NCBI GenBank assembly: GCA_051294375.1
Contig: CM119263.1
Coordinates: 30,740,053-30,804,052 of the forward strand
Length of the DNA stretch: 64,000 nt
Direction: 5' to 3'
DNA from: Paraspadella gotoi
Lineage: Eukaryota; Animalia; Chaetognatha
Made by a program: the position numbers and the translations under genes. The notes below the pieces were generated by a model that saw only the letters and a program-made list of their open reading frames with translations, made no database searches and had not been told where the DNA came from. Below, piece by piece: positions 37,309 to 49,718 of the stretch (within the stretch, counting starts at the first letter, position 1; each line of letters opens with the position of its first letter).

Positions 37309-38020
37309 TGAAGAGGCTGGTTTTACAGGGCGCCATACCTGCAGCGGTGTCACCTCGTGGCGACAGCGAGACAGCATGTTCATGTAGTCCAGAGCTTTGG
37401 ATCTGGCAGTAGGCCCATGCCTACAGGCGGGTTACCCGGTCCATCCCACTTTCTACATGACAACCTCAGGGCTCGAACCAGGGACGCACATTGGGATGGT
37501 GCATTAGTCCACTGAGGCACTGCGAAAGAAACAGCTTTAATCCATCTGTGGTGATAGGACCACCAGACAGCCCCCCCCAGGACTCACATATGAGAGTACG
37601 AATTAGGGGATGAAGCGCATGTCTCTCCGCTGAGCCTCTCTTCATTCTGGTGGCCTTGCTTTGAGTGGCAGCTGCGTAGCTCAAACCACATCAAGGGCAG
37701 AGGAGTATTATCATGCCCGGTTTGCGTGTTCGGATCACGTCGGGCTCACCATTGAGGCTGGTTTTACAGGGCGCCACACCTGCAGCGGTGTCACCTCGTG
37801 GCGACAGCGAGACAGCATGTTCATGAAGTCCAGAGCTTTGGATCTGGCAGTAGGCCCATGCCTACAGGCGGGTTACCCTGTCCATCCCACTTTCTACATG
37901 ACAACCTCAGGGCTCGAACCAGGGACGCACATTGGGATGGTGCATTAGTCCACTAAGCCACTGAGGCGCTGCGAAAGAAACTTTAAGCTTTAATCCATCT
38001 GTGGTGATAGGACCGCCAGA
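37309..38020 (-). mobile_element. Complete TRIM (Helenus-type): two ~265-bp LTRs with tRNA-like A/B boxes, extended tRNA-Trp PBS and PPT
   Basis: Direct repeats 37309-37569 and 37753-38020; minus-strand ..CCTCA-A-TGGTGAGCCCGACGTGATCCGAACACGCAA (PBS 37722-37751); G8 PPT at 37571-37578 before TGTCTGG; GACC on both flanks; A box TGGCTTAGTGG 37950-37960 and B box GGTTCGAGCC 37911-37920. Confidence 0.85.
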
Positions 38021-38117
38021 GACCTTCAATTTGGGTTCCAGAATAGAGAATAAAACATTGGCAGTAAAGTTACAAAACATTTTAAAGTTTGTAGAGTCAT
38101 CACATGCACTGTTTAAT

Positions 38118-38296
38118 TAATGATTAAGAAAACATCGAATTTGGGATCAAGTGCAGTATTTTTTTTTCTTTTATAGAAAACCAATATTTAGATCTTATTT
38201 GACAGATCATCTGAAATAAGATCGAAATATTGGTTTTCCATAAAAGAAAAAAAAATACTGCACTTGATCCCAAATTCGACGTTTTCTTAATCATTA
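38118..38296. repeat. Near-perfect 179-bp palindrome
   Basis: TAATGATTAAGAAAAC..CAGAT-C-ATCTG..GTTTTCTTAATCATTA with only a few mismatches. Confidence 0.9.
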
Positions 38297-38507
38297 TTTT
38301 AAAGTATTTTCCATTTCATTTTACACACGTGTTTGAATTGGGAATAAAAGATTTGTGAAAGATTAAACTGAAACACGCTCGTTCATTAGCTTACATAACA
38401 GCTGATCGCGGGGAAGAGCACGGCAAGATATCTAATGGAAAACAAATGATTCTAAACGAAACTAAATAGTTATACGCGAATAAAAAGGCATCGCTTTCTC
38501 CAGAGTA

Positions 38508-38857
38508 TTTTTTATTATCGAGCCAGGCGGGCAAAGCCCGTCCTGGCAAGATTTTGATTCGGTTTAGCTTTCGGTCACGCTTTTTTTCAATCATGGCTTC
38601 TGAAAGTGTGATATCATAGGGAGTTGAAATTTCATATATGGCTTCTAATCATCAAGATCTTTAAAATTCTCATGTTTAATATCAATATTCGTATTTGTTT
38701 ATGTTTTATTTACAAAACAAAAATGTTTTAATTATATGTCGCTCTCTCTCTCTCTTTCTTTTAAATATATGTCGTTCTCTCTCTCTCTCTTTTTCTCCGT
38801 CACTGCTTCTTCTGATTTGTCTAAAAACGAGTTCCGGCTCTGCAGCGTCTGTCCAGC

Positions 38858-38903
<46 letters not shown>

Positions 38904-39159
38904 TTTTTTCTTTTTTTCACAAAAATTTTTTTAGATATAATGTGGGCTCACTAATGTAAAAAACGATGCCGCGAACAGGGTGGGAACCCGGGTCCTTTGG
39001 GTAGAGAAGAGCTCACGCTACGTCCGGCGCCATAGGTACTGCTGATTCTTTAACGAGTAAAGGGGCTGTATAGCTTCTCTCTCTCTCTCTCTTTTAATTA
39101 TTATATATCGCTCTTTCTCTCTCTCTTTTTCTCTGCAGCGGCTGTCTCTCTCTCTCTCT

Positions 39160-39199
<40 letters not shown>

Positions 39200-39578
39200 G
39201 TGTGTGTCTGTCCCTCTCGGTCCGATCTCTTGCGTGATCGTTTGTTTTTTCAAAAATTCTGATTATTTTTTTCCTTCTAAAAACTTTTTATTATTGCCAT
39301 TTATTCCGCGCTTTTGACAATCATCGCATCAGTGAATGACTATCATCACAGCAGTGAATGACTATCATCGCATCAATAATTGATTATCATCGAATCAATA
39401 ATCAATTCCTATTACATCAATAAATTACTATTACATCAATCAATTAGTATTACCTCAATCAATTACTATTACATCAATAATTCGTTATCGCATGATTCAT
39501 TCGTTTTTTTCCCGGGTTTTTTCATTAATTTTCTTTGATAGTGGGCTCTGGCTCGATCTTGAGTCTTTTAAGATTTTT
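38508..39578 (-). mobile_element. Helentron-like element, family 3, with internal tRNA-like segment
   Basis: Sub-terminal inverted ATCGAGCCAG / CTGGCTCGAT, hairpin CGGGC-AAA-GCCCG near one end, (CT)n tracts, ~22-bp minisatellite at ~39320-39490, and A/B-box-like sequence at ~38970-39045. Confidence 0.55.
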
Positions 39579-39649
39579 ATATTATTATTTATTTTATATT
39601 TAATACTGTAAGAGGGATGTTAGTGTTGTCTTCTGGAAATAGAGGGAGT

Positions 39650-39870
39650 ATGGTGGACTAAAATCCACCATCCGTTCATCAGTGGCCATTGGTAAAGGAG
39701 AAAAGTCATTCGCCTCCCAACCCAAAGGTCCGGGGTTTTAGCCTGGTGGTCGCCTATCAGTTAAGAGGGACGGGGCGCTTAACTCGCCTGTAACACGGTG
39801 TTGATCCGAAGCTCAGGGACTGCTTATATTGAACGGTTCTATCGTTAACTTATAACAATTGTTACTATCT
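39650..39870 (+). mobile_element. tRNA-derived SINE-like repeat (third copy)
   Basis: Reverse complement of ~26330-26562. Confidence 0.75.
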
Positions 39871-40449
39871 TTTCTGGAGCATCTATACAACACAAAGTTA
39901 AAAATTATTTTCTAATACGATATAGCCATTTCAGAAAGTTATTTATTGAAAAATCAAAATATCTAAAAGTCTGAACAGAACGGGGTGGAGGGGATAATTG
40001 GTTGTGGGAGTAGAATTGTATGTTCTGATAGGGATACATACATAATATAGGCGGGGTGAACTTATAGCAATGCCCGACTACACCATGAATGACAAAAGTT
40101 TATCATTTGGAGGTATATTTCATAACCGGGGAGTATTTTTAGGCTAATTATAAAGTAAAATAATTTAAAAATTTTTATAACAAGTTCATATATAGATTAA
40201 ATTTTTTATTGTATTATCAAACATGAACTTTAAATTGATTTACTTACTCCCCGAAATTGTACAATTTTTTCTATATATAGTTTTTTTTCAGTTACTTAAC
40301 TTTTCTTCTCTCCTACTAGGATTTGTTTCTTACTTTCTGTACTATGAGCATTATCCCTTTACTTTCTATATAAATTTGCTCTTCTGTCTGCACCCACTAG
40401 ATCTTCACTTGCATTGCTTTACACAAAATAACAAATTTTTACATATTTT

Positions 40450-41268
40450 AAAATTGGGATTGTTCAGGAAGCAATTTTTTTAGGGGTTACCTTCGATAGT
40501 AAATTAAAGTGGAATACTCACATTAATAATTTATGTAAACGTATGATACAGAGATGTGGAGTATTGTCCAAATTACGATTTAAATACAAATATCTGAGTA
40601 GTAAAATTATGTTAGAATTTTATAAGGTTTTCACTGTTAGAGTATAGCATGTGCTGTTTTTGTACTATTTACTATTTCTAACTCTCAATGGAATAAATTA
40701 GAGGCAGTTGAATTTAGATTTTTAAAAAGTATATCTAATGTACCAAGATCAATGTCAAATTTCTTAGTTTTGGATTATTTGGGTTTAGAACCATTGCGTA
40801 TTAGAATAATTAAGAGGGCACATTTGCAAATGCGAGGTTTGATTGAACGCCCCTTTTACCTAAATACATTGAAAACATGAATGATTTTAGGGCGAGCAGA
40901 AGGGCAATATGTCCTTTCGAATTTTTAAGTGAAGTACCTAATAATTATCCTTTGTAAAAATTTTTGTTCTGTTCTAAAACTTAAGATTTAACCCTGTTCT
41001 CTTTGTATAGGGTACTGTTTGTATTTGAAAAGAGTTATGAAATCAATCAATTACAGACTACAGTAAAAGATACGGATTTAGAAATGGATTGAAAATTCCT
41101 TTTCATCTGTTCGGTGCCGTAATACTTTGACCAAATTTGTTTCCGATGATAACTATTGTTCTCGTTATGCTGTGATTAATTGTAAACCTGTCTGTGATTA
41201 TTTGTAACTGCGACCCATTGCCTACCCCCGGCCCGTCCTTCTTGAATAAATCTAATCTAATCTAATCT
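40450..41268 (+). mobile_element. 5'-truncated LINE (CR1/L2/Jockey-group) 3' end with (AATCT)n tail
   Basis: Translation AIFLGVTFDSKLKWNTHINNLCKRMIQRCGVLSKLR is a typical non-LTR RT thumb region, frameshifted downstream; ends AATAAA-TCTAATCTAATCTAATCT and interrupts another repeat. Confidence 0.85.
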
Positions 41269-41924
41269 TAATAAACCAGATGGCTATACAAACAAAGGTG
41301 CATTTTTAAAAACAAAATAACAATAAAATTTAGTTTAAGTACATCTATCAGAAGTTTTAATATTTTTTTCTGAAATAAAAGAATAGTCCCATTAAAATTT
41401 TTTGGTATTTTTACAATATTCTACTAGAGGGCTCTACAAAGAAGGAAGCTTTTTGTAAAACAAAGGAACATTTATAATAATTTTTAGCTGCACCCACTAG
41501 ATCTTTACTTGCACCTACTTTTCAACAAAATAGTAATTATTTTTGTAAATTTTTATTATCTTAAATCTTTTAAAAATTATTTTTTAAATATTTTTAACAA
41601 GTATTTTTTTATTCTATTTTATTTTATTTTCTTATGTTTTGATAAAAGCATTTTAATCATATATCATACTTCAAAATAAAAATAATATTGTTTTGATTTA
41701 TAAAATATTTTTCTAAGTATCAAAAAGATATTAGTGCCACAGTAACAGTTCGGTTTAAGCCCTTTAAAGTGATTTACATGTATTAGCGCAGCCATTGGTT
41801 TTTCTTATGGTGGGCAACTTTTAAGAAAGAACCCCGTTTTGATATAATTACTGTTTAATATGATTCTATAAACCAATATCTCAAAATGTAGATCTTAGAC
41901 TTAACATTTAGAAATGTTACTTAG

Positions 41925-43984
41925 GATTCACCATCTGGTCTTCACACTCAAGATTGTCTTTGCTTTACATTATAAAAGGATTTTGTGTATCGATTGACAA
42001 CTTAGGAATAAAAACAAACTATGGTCCTAATGATCTGGCTGGACTCCTAAGTATTTATACAAAAAAACAACTTTCTACCCTCATTGCTCAAACTTATGTG
42101 ATGGGTATGTTATTAAAAGAGGAGGATTTTTTATATTTATTAAAAATACGTAATAAGATGTTAAGAATTAGATCGGATCTTGAAGTAAGAATTGCGCCTG
42201 CCATGGAATTTGTATTGAGAAATTATAAAAAGGCGAGCATGCAAGAGGAAAAGGTTAAGAACAAATGTATCAGTGAATATCGAAAAGATTTTGATTTTCC
42301 CGTAAAAAAAAAAAAATCTTGTATTACAGACCTTCTTTTTTTTAGACTTACTATTTTAAATTATAGAATTCAAATATTTATTAACTGTTTCTTAATGGGT
42401 ATGATATATTTAGCCTCTGTCTGGGTTTCTTTGTATCAAGCGCAATTTCTTGATAATAGAAAATTATTTTGGACAATACATAGCATAATAGACAGCTTTA
42501 TTATGTTGGATGGTTATTTCGTTTTTCAACAAAATTTGAAAGATTCTCAATTTTCAATCAAATTATTTTCAATAGTATATAATATTTTTATCGTATTTCC
42601 ATTAGATATATTTTTTCTAAGCTTTCCAGTAAAATATTTTATTCTTTTACGAACTTATAGATTAATACGAATTCTAGAACCATTCAGAAGAATTTCTGCT
42701 TTTAAAAAGTTATGTCCTGAATACTTGAACATTATTTTTGGCTGGGAAGCTATGTATAGAGTGTTAATACAAATTTGTATAATTAGTTGGGCATTTTGTA
42801 CGTTTCATTGTTCTCCAGTTATTACTAAAAGTCATAATCATATTTGTACAAATGTTAAAGCATTGAATTATTTGATAATTCCCAAAGGAATTGATGATGT
42901 TAAAACTGTTTTATTAAGTTTTAAATATAATAGTGACCTCAATGAAATTTGGTTCCCAGAAACAATATATATGAAAGACAACGAATATCCAAATTTAATC
43001 AATTACGTAGAATTATTAAATCATAGTACAGTTTCATACAGTTTACCAATAGCTTTTGTACCCGAAACTCATCGTTTAGTAGTGAATAATTTTAATTTTG
43101 ATTTATATTCACTTAATCTTTATAAAACTATAAATATGTTTACCCTTACTGGATTGACCATTACCTCATTATCCAATTATCCAGTTATAGAAATTAACTT
43201 TCAATTTTGGGTAACGATAATAGCTTTTTGTGTGGGATACCTCCATGCCGTATATATACTTGCTAATATAGCCGGAATATACTCTTCAGTTGATCATAAT
43301 GACTTTATGCGAATGCAGGAACTGAAAGACCTTAAATTCTTTTTGAAATCCAAAGGAATTGATTACGTTTTAATAAAACAAGCAACTTCTAATCTAGAAT
43401 TTTATCTCTCATCTCGTGAATTTTTACTTAAACTTATGACAAATGAATGTATAGGTCCAAATACTTTGACGAGAATATATTTTGATTCGTATCAAGGCAT
43501 TTATAAAAAATTAGGTTTCATTGATTCAGTTCCTCTTGACCAACTTTATCTGGCGAGTGAAATGTTTAAAAAAGTGTTTATTTGCAGTAACCAAGTTATT
43601 TTCAATGAAGGACAAATAGTGGACTCAATAACAATTCTTTTTAACGGATCAGTGCAAGTTATTCCTAATAGATTTAAAAATAAAAAAATAAGCACAAAAT
43701 CATCAAAAAAATATGAATACAATTTAACATCTGATAAATTAATTGTGGGTGATTGTATTGGAATACGTAACATAAACCCAGCTCAGTTTAAGCTGGAGAT
43801 TTGGCCTTATAATTTAATAACTGCCGAGGATTGCGTGTTCCTAAAAATTATGCATAAAGATTTGGATGAACTTAAAATGAGAGCGGAATTATTTGTCACA
43901 AAACTGTATGAAGCTTCTGAAAATACCTTTGCTAAGATAAAATCTTTAAATCAGGTTGACTTGACAAAAACTTATAAAGATTAA
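41925..43984 (+). CDS. CNGK-like channel terminal exon: CNBD of repeat B plus complete repeat C (S1-S6, C-linker, CNBD)
   Basis: TTAG acceptor, phase 1, gives FFPPG-FTIWSSHSRLSLLYIIKG; S3 VFPLDIF; S4 LLRTYRLIRIL; pore MFTLTGL; CNBD NQVIFNEGQIVDSITILFNGSVQV..GDCIG; stop at 43982-84. Confidence 0.88.
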
Positions 43985-44000
43985 ATCAAATAGTAAATTG

Positions 44001-44006
44001 AATAAA
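44001..44006 (+). terminator. Candidate polyadenylation signal AATAAA
   Basis: Lies 16 nt after the stop codon; the AT-rich context lowers specificity. Confidence 0.45.
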
Positions 44007-44208
44007 ATTTTATTGCCATATTTATACATAAAATATACCTTATTAAATTTTTTAATTTCAAAAAAATTTTCTATTAACTTTGAAAGCAGAAATAATTATT
44101 AAAAAACAATTATTTAATTAAGACATTTTTGTGGGATTTACAAGTGCAGTATTTAATTGTTGCCAATATTTCGAAAACTGAAAGATTTGAGATATAAGAG
44201 TTAAGGGA

Positions 44209-44265
<57 letters not shown>

Positions 44266-44301
44266 GGAAAGGGACAGAGTAAAAGAGTGAGAGCAAAATT
44301 A

Positions 44302-45116
44302 ACAAGTTTGAGCAAACAATGTCGGATCTGCCCACGATTTCATTATCGGTAATTATATAATTCAAGTTAATTATTTAATTAATTAATAATTAATTTATTA
44401 ATTAATAATTATTCATTAATAATTATTAATTAATTAGGCAATTAATTAATTAATTTGATCCAAAATGTTTGTTTTGATTGATAATTGACTGATTAATTAA
44501 TTATTGATTAATTAATTGACTAGTTGATTAATTAATTGACCAATTGATTAATTAATTGACTAATTGATTAATTAACTGATTAATTATTTGATTAATTAAT
44601 ACATCTTGCATTTATATTTAAAATAAAAAGAAAAAGAAACATCATTGATGATTGATTATTAATCAAATAGTGAAATAGGTTCTTTGTTTTTTTCCATTTA
44701 AACTAATTTCCACTCAAACGATTCCATCGAAACTTGATTTCCAGTTTAATCACATACTTTTTTACCCAAAGACAAAATTTCAAGTCAATCGCCCCATCCA
44801 CTCATGAGTAATTGCTGTTCAAATAGTGAAATATATTTTGTTGTTTTTTTACATTTAAACTCATTTTCACTCGGACGATTCCATCGAAACTTCATATACA
44901 GCTCAATCAGACACTTCCATACCCACACACAAAATTTCATTCTAATCCATCCATCCTATCACGAGTAATTGGTGTTTTTTGCTAAGGTGGGACGGACGGA
45001 CGGACAGACGGACATCGTTTTTTTGCATAATTTATCATAATTCGATGTTCTGACATGATATAAGTGAGTGCCCGACATTATTGACGGACCGACAAAGTGA
45101 ATTATCCGACTAAAAA
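44302..45116 (+). mobile_element. Helentron/DINE-1-like element, family 1
   Basis: Same termini as 15206-18089; (GGAC)n at ~44990-45013; ends ATCCGACTAAAAA. Confidence 0.75.
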
Positions 45117-45191
45117 AGGAATTATGGGGACAAACAGAGGACAAAAGAAAAATATAGGGCCAAGCCCGGGTTCCTCTCTCAACCATGAATC

Positions 45192-45468
45192 TCAAACGAG
45201 TTTTTTCATACTTTTTAGTAGCAGGTTCCACGCATCGGTCATGACATAGTTGCCGTCATCCTCGTTCAGTCCTTTTCCAGGACCCCTGTCCATGCGGCGA
45301 ATCCATAGGGATTCTTCCACTTTAAGATGGTGGTCGAGGCGCTTGGGGTCACGCATTTGAATGCGTGAGAGGATCGTTTGTTTCCAATCAAAGGGCTCCG
45401 AGCATTTTTCACGATGATGGGTAATACCCGAATGCCTCCAATCTTTTTTCCGTCGCCTTCTGATGTTC
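45192..45468 (-). pseudogene. Penelope-like GIY-YIG endonuclease C-terminal fragment
   Basis: Minus-strand translation EHQKATE-(frameshift)-KDWRHSGITHHREKCSEPFDWKQTILSR..HLKVEESLWIRR..GLNEDDGNYVMTDAWNLLLK* has the EH / S..H / E..I / LN.D.G motifs of PLE endonucleases; not in the ORF track. Confidence 0.8.
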
Positions 45469-45943
45469 AGATGCCAAATTAAATCTAAATATCGGCAACA
45501 ATTAAATACTGCACTTGTAAATCGCTTTGCGTTTGTGACGATCTAGTAACGCTTTTGGGCATAAGTGGCGAAGGCGTCGTCGTCGTCGTCGTTGTTGTCG
45601 TCGGCGTTCCAAATTATAGATCGCCTTTTTTATGATTAAATTTGGGTTTATGAAGCTGAAAATTTATATGCAGCTTCTCATCATTGATGTTCTTAAAATT
45701 GGGTCAGGACAGTTATTAAATATGAAATTGGTACAACCAATATAAAATTATCCATTCATTTAATAAATAAGCTATCTTGCCCCTGACTTTGGATAGGCTT
45801 TGGTGGTTTAAGGCCTCCATCACTCTTACAAGATAATGACATAGCAGGTCCCTGTTTTGTTTACGTTTTATCAAAACAAACAAATTTCCTCTCTTTTATT
45901 TTTATGTTTCCTTCTCTCTCTTTTTTCTCTTTTCATTATATGT

Positions 45944-45978
<35 letters not shown>

Positions 45979-46261
45979 CCCCAGTGATGATTCATCGGGG
46001 AAAAAACGAATCTGCTCTGCAGGGGCTCTTTTTTTCTCTCTCTTTTTTCCTGCTGCTTCTGCTGCTGCCTTCTGAGTCTGCAGCTGGCTCTGCAGGGCTT
46101 CTCTCTTTTTCTCTCTTTTCTCCTGCGGCTTCTGCTGCTGCCTTTTGATTCTCTCTCTCTCTCTGTGTTTTATAAAAAAAAATTGAATTAGGATTGAACT
46201 CATAAAATGAGGCATCACATTCATGCATGTTATAATTTTGCTATTGTAACATCGGGCTTTT

Positions 46262-46695
46262 ATTTTTTTTCTCAGAGACTGCGTCTGCTGATCAGTTTAT
46301 TTTGACAATAATTTTTTTTTTTATTTCAGAATCTGTAACTTTAATTTTCTTCTGTACTTTATTTTTTTTTTTAATTGACAATCGCAAAATACAATTTTTA
46401 TTTCTGTTTATAAATTTTTTTTTCACAACTTTTTTTTCTCAGGGGCTGCGTCTGCTGATCAGTTTATTTGACAATGACAATTTTTTTTCCTTCAGAAACT
46501 ATAACTTTAATTTTCTTCAGTACTTTATTATTTTTTTTAATTGACAATCGCAAAATATAATTTTTCTTTCTGTTTATAAATTAATTTTCTTTTCTCAAGG
46601 GCTGCGTCTGCTGATCAGTTTATTTGACAATGACAATTGACGATGACAAAAAAAATTTCTTTTTTTTTAGAAACTGTACCTTTAATTTTTCTCGG
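46262..46695. repeat. ~160-bp tandem repeat (~3 copies) close to the gap
   Basis: CTGCGTCTGCTGATCAGTTTATTTGACAAT recurs at ~46279, 46446 and 46602. Confidence 0.8.
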
Positions 46696-46791
46696 TACCA
46701 TCGCAGGAGATCAATCTCGCCAAAATCCAAAACGGATCGGAGGATCGGGCGATTGAACGCTGATTGGCCGAGACGGAACCGGACCCGACCA

Positions 46792-46891
46792 NNNNNNNNN
46801 NNNNNNNNNNNNNNNNNNNNNNNNNNNNNNNNNNNNNNNNNNNNNNNNNNNNNNNNNNNNNNNNNNNNNNNNNNNNNNNNNNNNNNNNNNN
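46792..46891. other. Scaffold gap (100 N)
   Basis: Run of N; smaller 10-N runs at 57970-57979 and 60292-60301. Confidence 1.
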
Positions 46892-47703
46892 AAAAGAGAG
46901 AGATCATGTCAGGACGTTTGATTATTTCACTCGATTGCACAAATGTTATTCCTAATGGTAACTAAAATCTGCATTTGCATGACGAAACGCATTATTTCAG
47001 CCGCACAACAGCGATTTTCGTTGCAGGAATTTTGCCGACGCCTCCCGTGTGTGATAGGAGCTAGAAATGTTTGTGCCAATTAAGCATAAATTTCCAATTA
47101 TACAAAAAAACACTTCATATGTTGTATTGGAATCTATTTTTATCCGAAAACGAGGCTTAGAGCGGTTTTCTACTAACGTACTTAATGAGTTTATTCTGCT
47201 TTAAAAATTTCGCTTTTACAATTAGGAAACTAAGAAACCATCGATCAATATTATTTTTATTTTTCTGAAAAGTCACAAACGTACGGCAGGCCAATCTCTC
47301 AGTGAGTCTCTCTCTCTCTCTCTCGAGCATCTCATATCTCTAAACTCTTCTCATCTCTCTCTCTCTCCTTCCTAACTGGCAATCATTCGCTTTGTTTTTG
47401 GAAGTTATCTGACAGAGACGTTTCGTCTGCCGGTCCCGTCGTCGTCGTTGTCTTCGTCGTCAAGGATTTTTTTTAATTAGAAATTCGCGCAGTTTTCTTA
47501 TGTTTTTAACTTTTGGGGGGGCGGAGGCGGGGATGAGGGGGAATGAGTGGGTGGGGTTCGCGCATGACGTCCATTCACGAGATATTTTTTCTAGTGGAGA
47601 AACTGATGAGATTGATGGGAGAGAAAGGGGAGACGGGGAAAAAAAAAAGAGAGAGAGAGAGAGAGAGAAGAGATGAGAAGAGAGAGAGAGAGAGAGAGAG
47701 AGA

Positions 47704-47741
<38 letters not shown>

Positions 47742-49624
47742 ACGGCACAAAAAGAGATTTGGAAGTTTGAAAAATTAAATCATGTATAAAAGAAATAAAC
47801 GGGTGAGTTTTGACAAAATTGCTCGAAAATCTAAATGAAACAAAACCTACTAATAGTATTAGCTAATTTACTATATCTCAACTAGTTCGACTCTCACTTC
47901 ACCGAACACGCAATCCCACTTTTAACTTTTCTCTTTTGCCCGTCATTTCAATGACTCCCGACAAAACTGGTTTTACAGCGTTCACATATTTTATAGACGA
48001 CGACGACCGAACCGACGACGACGAAGACAACGACGACGACGAAGACGACGACGAAAGAACAACAACAGAGACATACAACGTAACGAAGACAAGCGACAAT
48101 GACGACTTTGTCTCAACAGCAACAAAACATATGTGGTCGAACGTCCGCGAATTCGATTCCGACTAAAGACTAATTTTCAAGCGCGTGGGCGGAGGATTAT
48201 AGCAACAACAACAACGACAACGGAACCAACGACATAACGACACCTTTACAAAGTTCTTTCTGGATGCATTTACACTTTCATGTTTGTACTTTTTATCCCC
48301 TCGAACTCCAATTCACCATATTTTCCGATCTAACCATTTTTATTTTTCTTAACTGCCTTCTCCTTTTTGTTTTTCCCCCCGGAGGCCTCTTTCCTCCTTC
48401 CCCCTTCTTCCCTCTTTCCTCCCTCCTCCTCTTCATCCTCTTCCTCCGTCTCCTTCGACGTTTTACGACCGAAAGAAAAGAAAAGTATTCTTTTTGCATC
48501 TTTTTCTCCCTCGCTTTCCGCTTCTTTCGCTTTTTTTTTCCGCTTTCGACTTTCGCTTCAAACTCGAGATTCGCGACTCTGGGTTTTTTTGACTCGCGCG
48601 GATTTCCCATCTTGGTGGTTCCCAATTGAAGAAAAATAAAGACAAAGAAAAGGAAATGCCATCTCACGACGACCAGCGAAATACCACAACAACAAGCGAT
48701 CTCAACGACGACGACGACGAACGACGACACGGTTAAATGGCGAAATTACGTGACGCGAATCGAATGAAAGATGGCGTGAATATTCGTTGGCGACATGTGG
48801 TTTGCCCGTCAATGCAAAATCAGGAAATCCATCAAAAACGAGGACCAATGAAACTCAATTTGCTTGGAAACGAAATATCGACAGACGATGACGACGAATA
48901 TTTTTATAACGAAATCAGCCCAACAACGACGACGACGAATACGAGAATAACGTGATAACGATGTTGATGACAACGACGCGACGATGACAACGATGACGCT
49001 GGTGAAATGGAAGTTCGCAGCGATTCGCAGAGATCTCTCCCTTTTTCCAACACTCGGTGACTCGCGCGCTTTTTGGGTGGTGAATTATCTTTCGCGTAAA
49101 ATGAAAGTGAAAAACAGTTGAAAGTCTGTCACAAAACTGGAAAAAAAAGGAAAGGATGCGTTAAAGCGCGCGAGAACAGAGAGAGAGGGAGTGGGAGAGG
49201 AGGGAGAGAGAGAGAGAGAGGAAGAGGGGAAAGTAGAAAAAGAGGAAGAGGAATAGGGAGGTCAGAGCGAATAAGAAAATTAACTTAAAAAAAGGGAAGA
49301 GGGTGAAAGGAAGTTGTCTACAGTAAAAAAAAAATCGACAGTAATCATTTAAAAATCTCGCCCAAAAATTCAAGCCATCTTATTTTGTGTTTTGAGCAGA
49401 GAGGAGGAAGAGGAGGAAGAAGAAGAAGAAGGAGAAAGATAAAAGGAGAAAAGAGAAGAGGGAAAATAAGAAAGGAGAATAAGAAGGAGAAGAAGACATT
49501 GACTGGATGTGACTGACATTGGAATCCGAAGGAATCAAAGTTGGCGAGATTCACGAAGCATCGAGTCCGAGTCCGTCGGGGGAGACTAGCGAAGATCAAA
49601 CTCATGGGAAGACTGTGTGCTGTA

Positions 49625-49718
<94 letters not shown>

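Noticed and set aside
37512-37535. Hammerhead in the TRIM LTR (CTGAGG..GAAA), i.e. an LTR retrozyme
   Set aside because: The core lacks A9 and a proper stem II; the sequence is better explained as the reverse complement of the tRNA-like head.
46620-46965. ORFs spanning the 100-N gap
   Set aside because: They are artefacts of reading through unknown bases.
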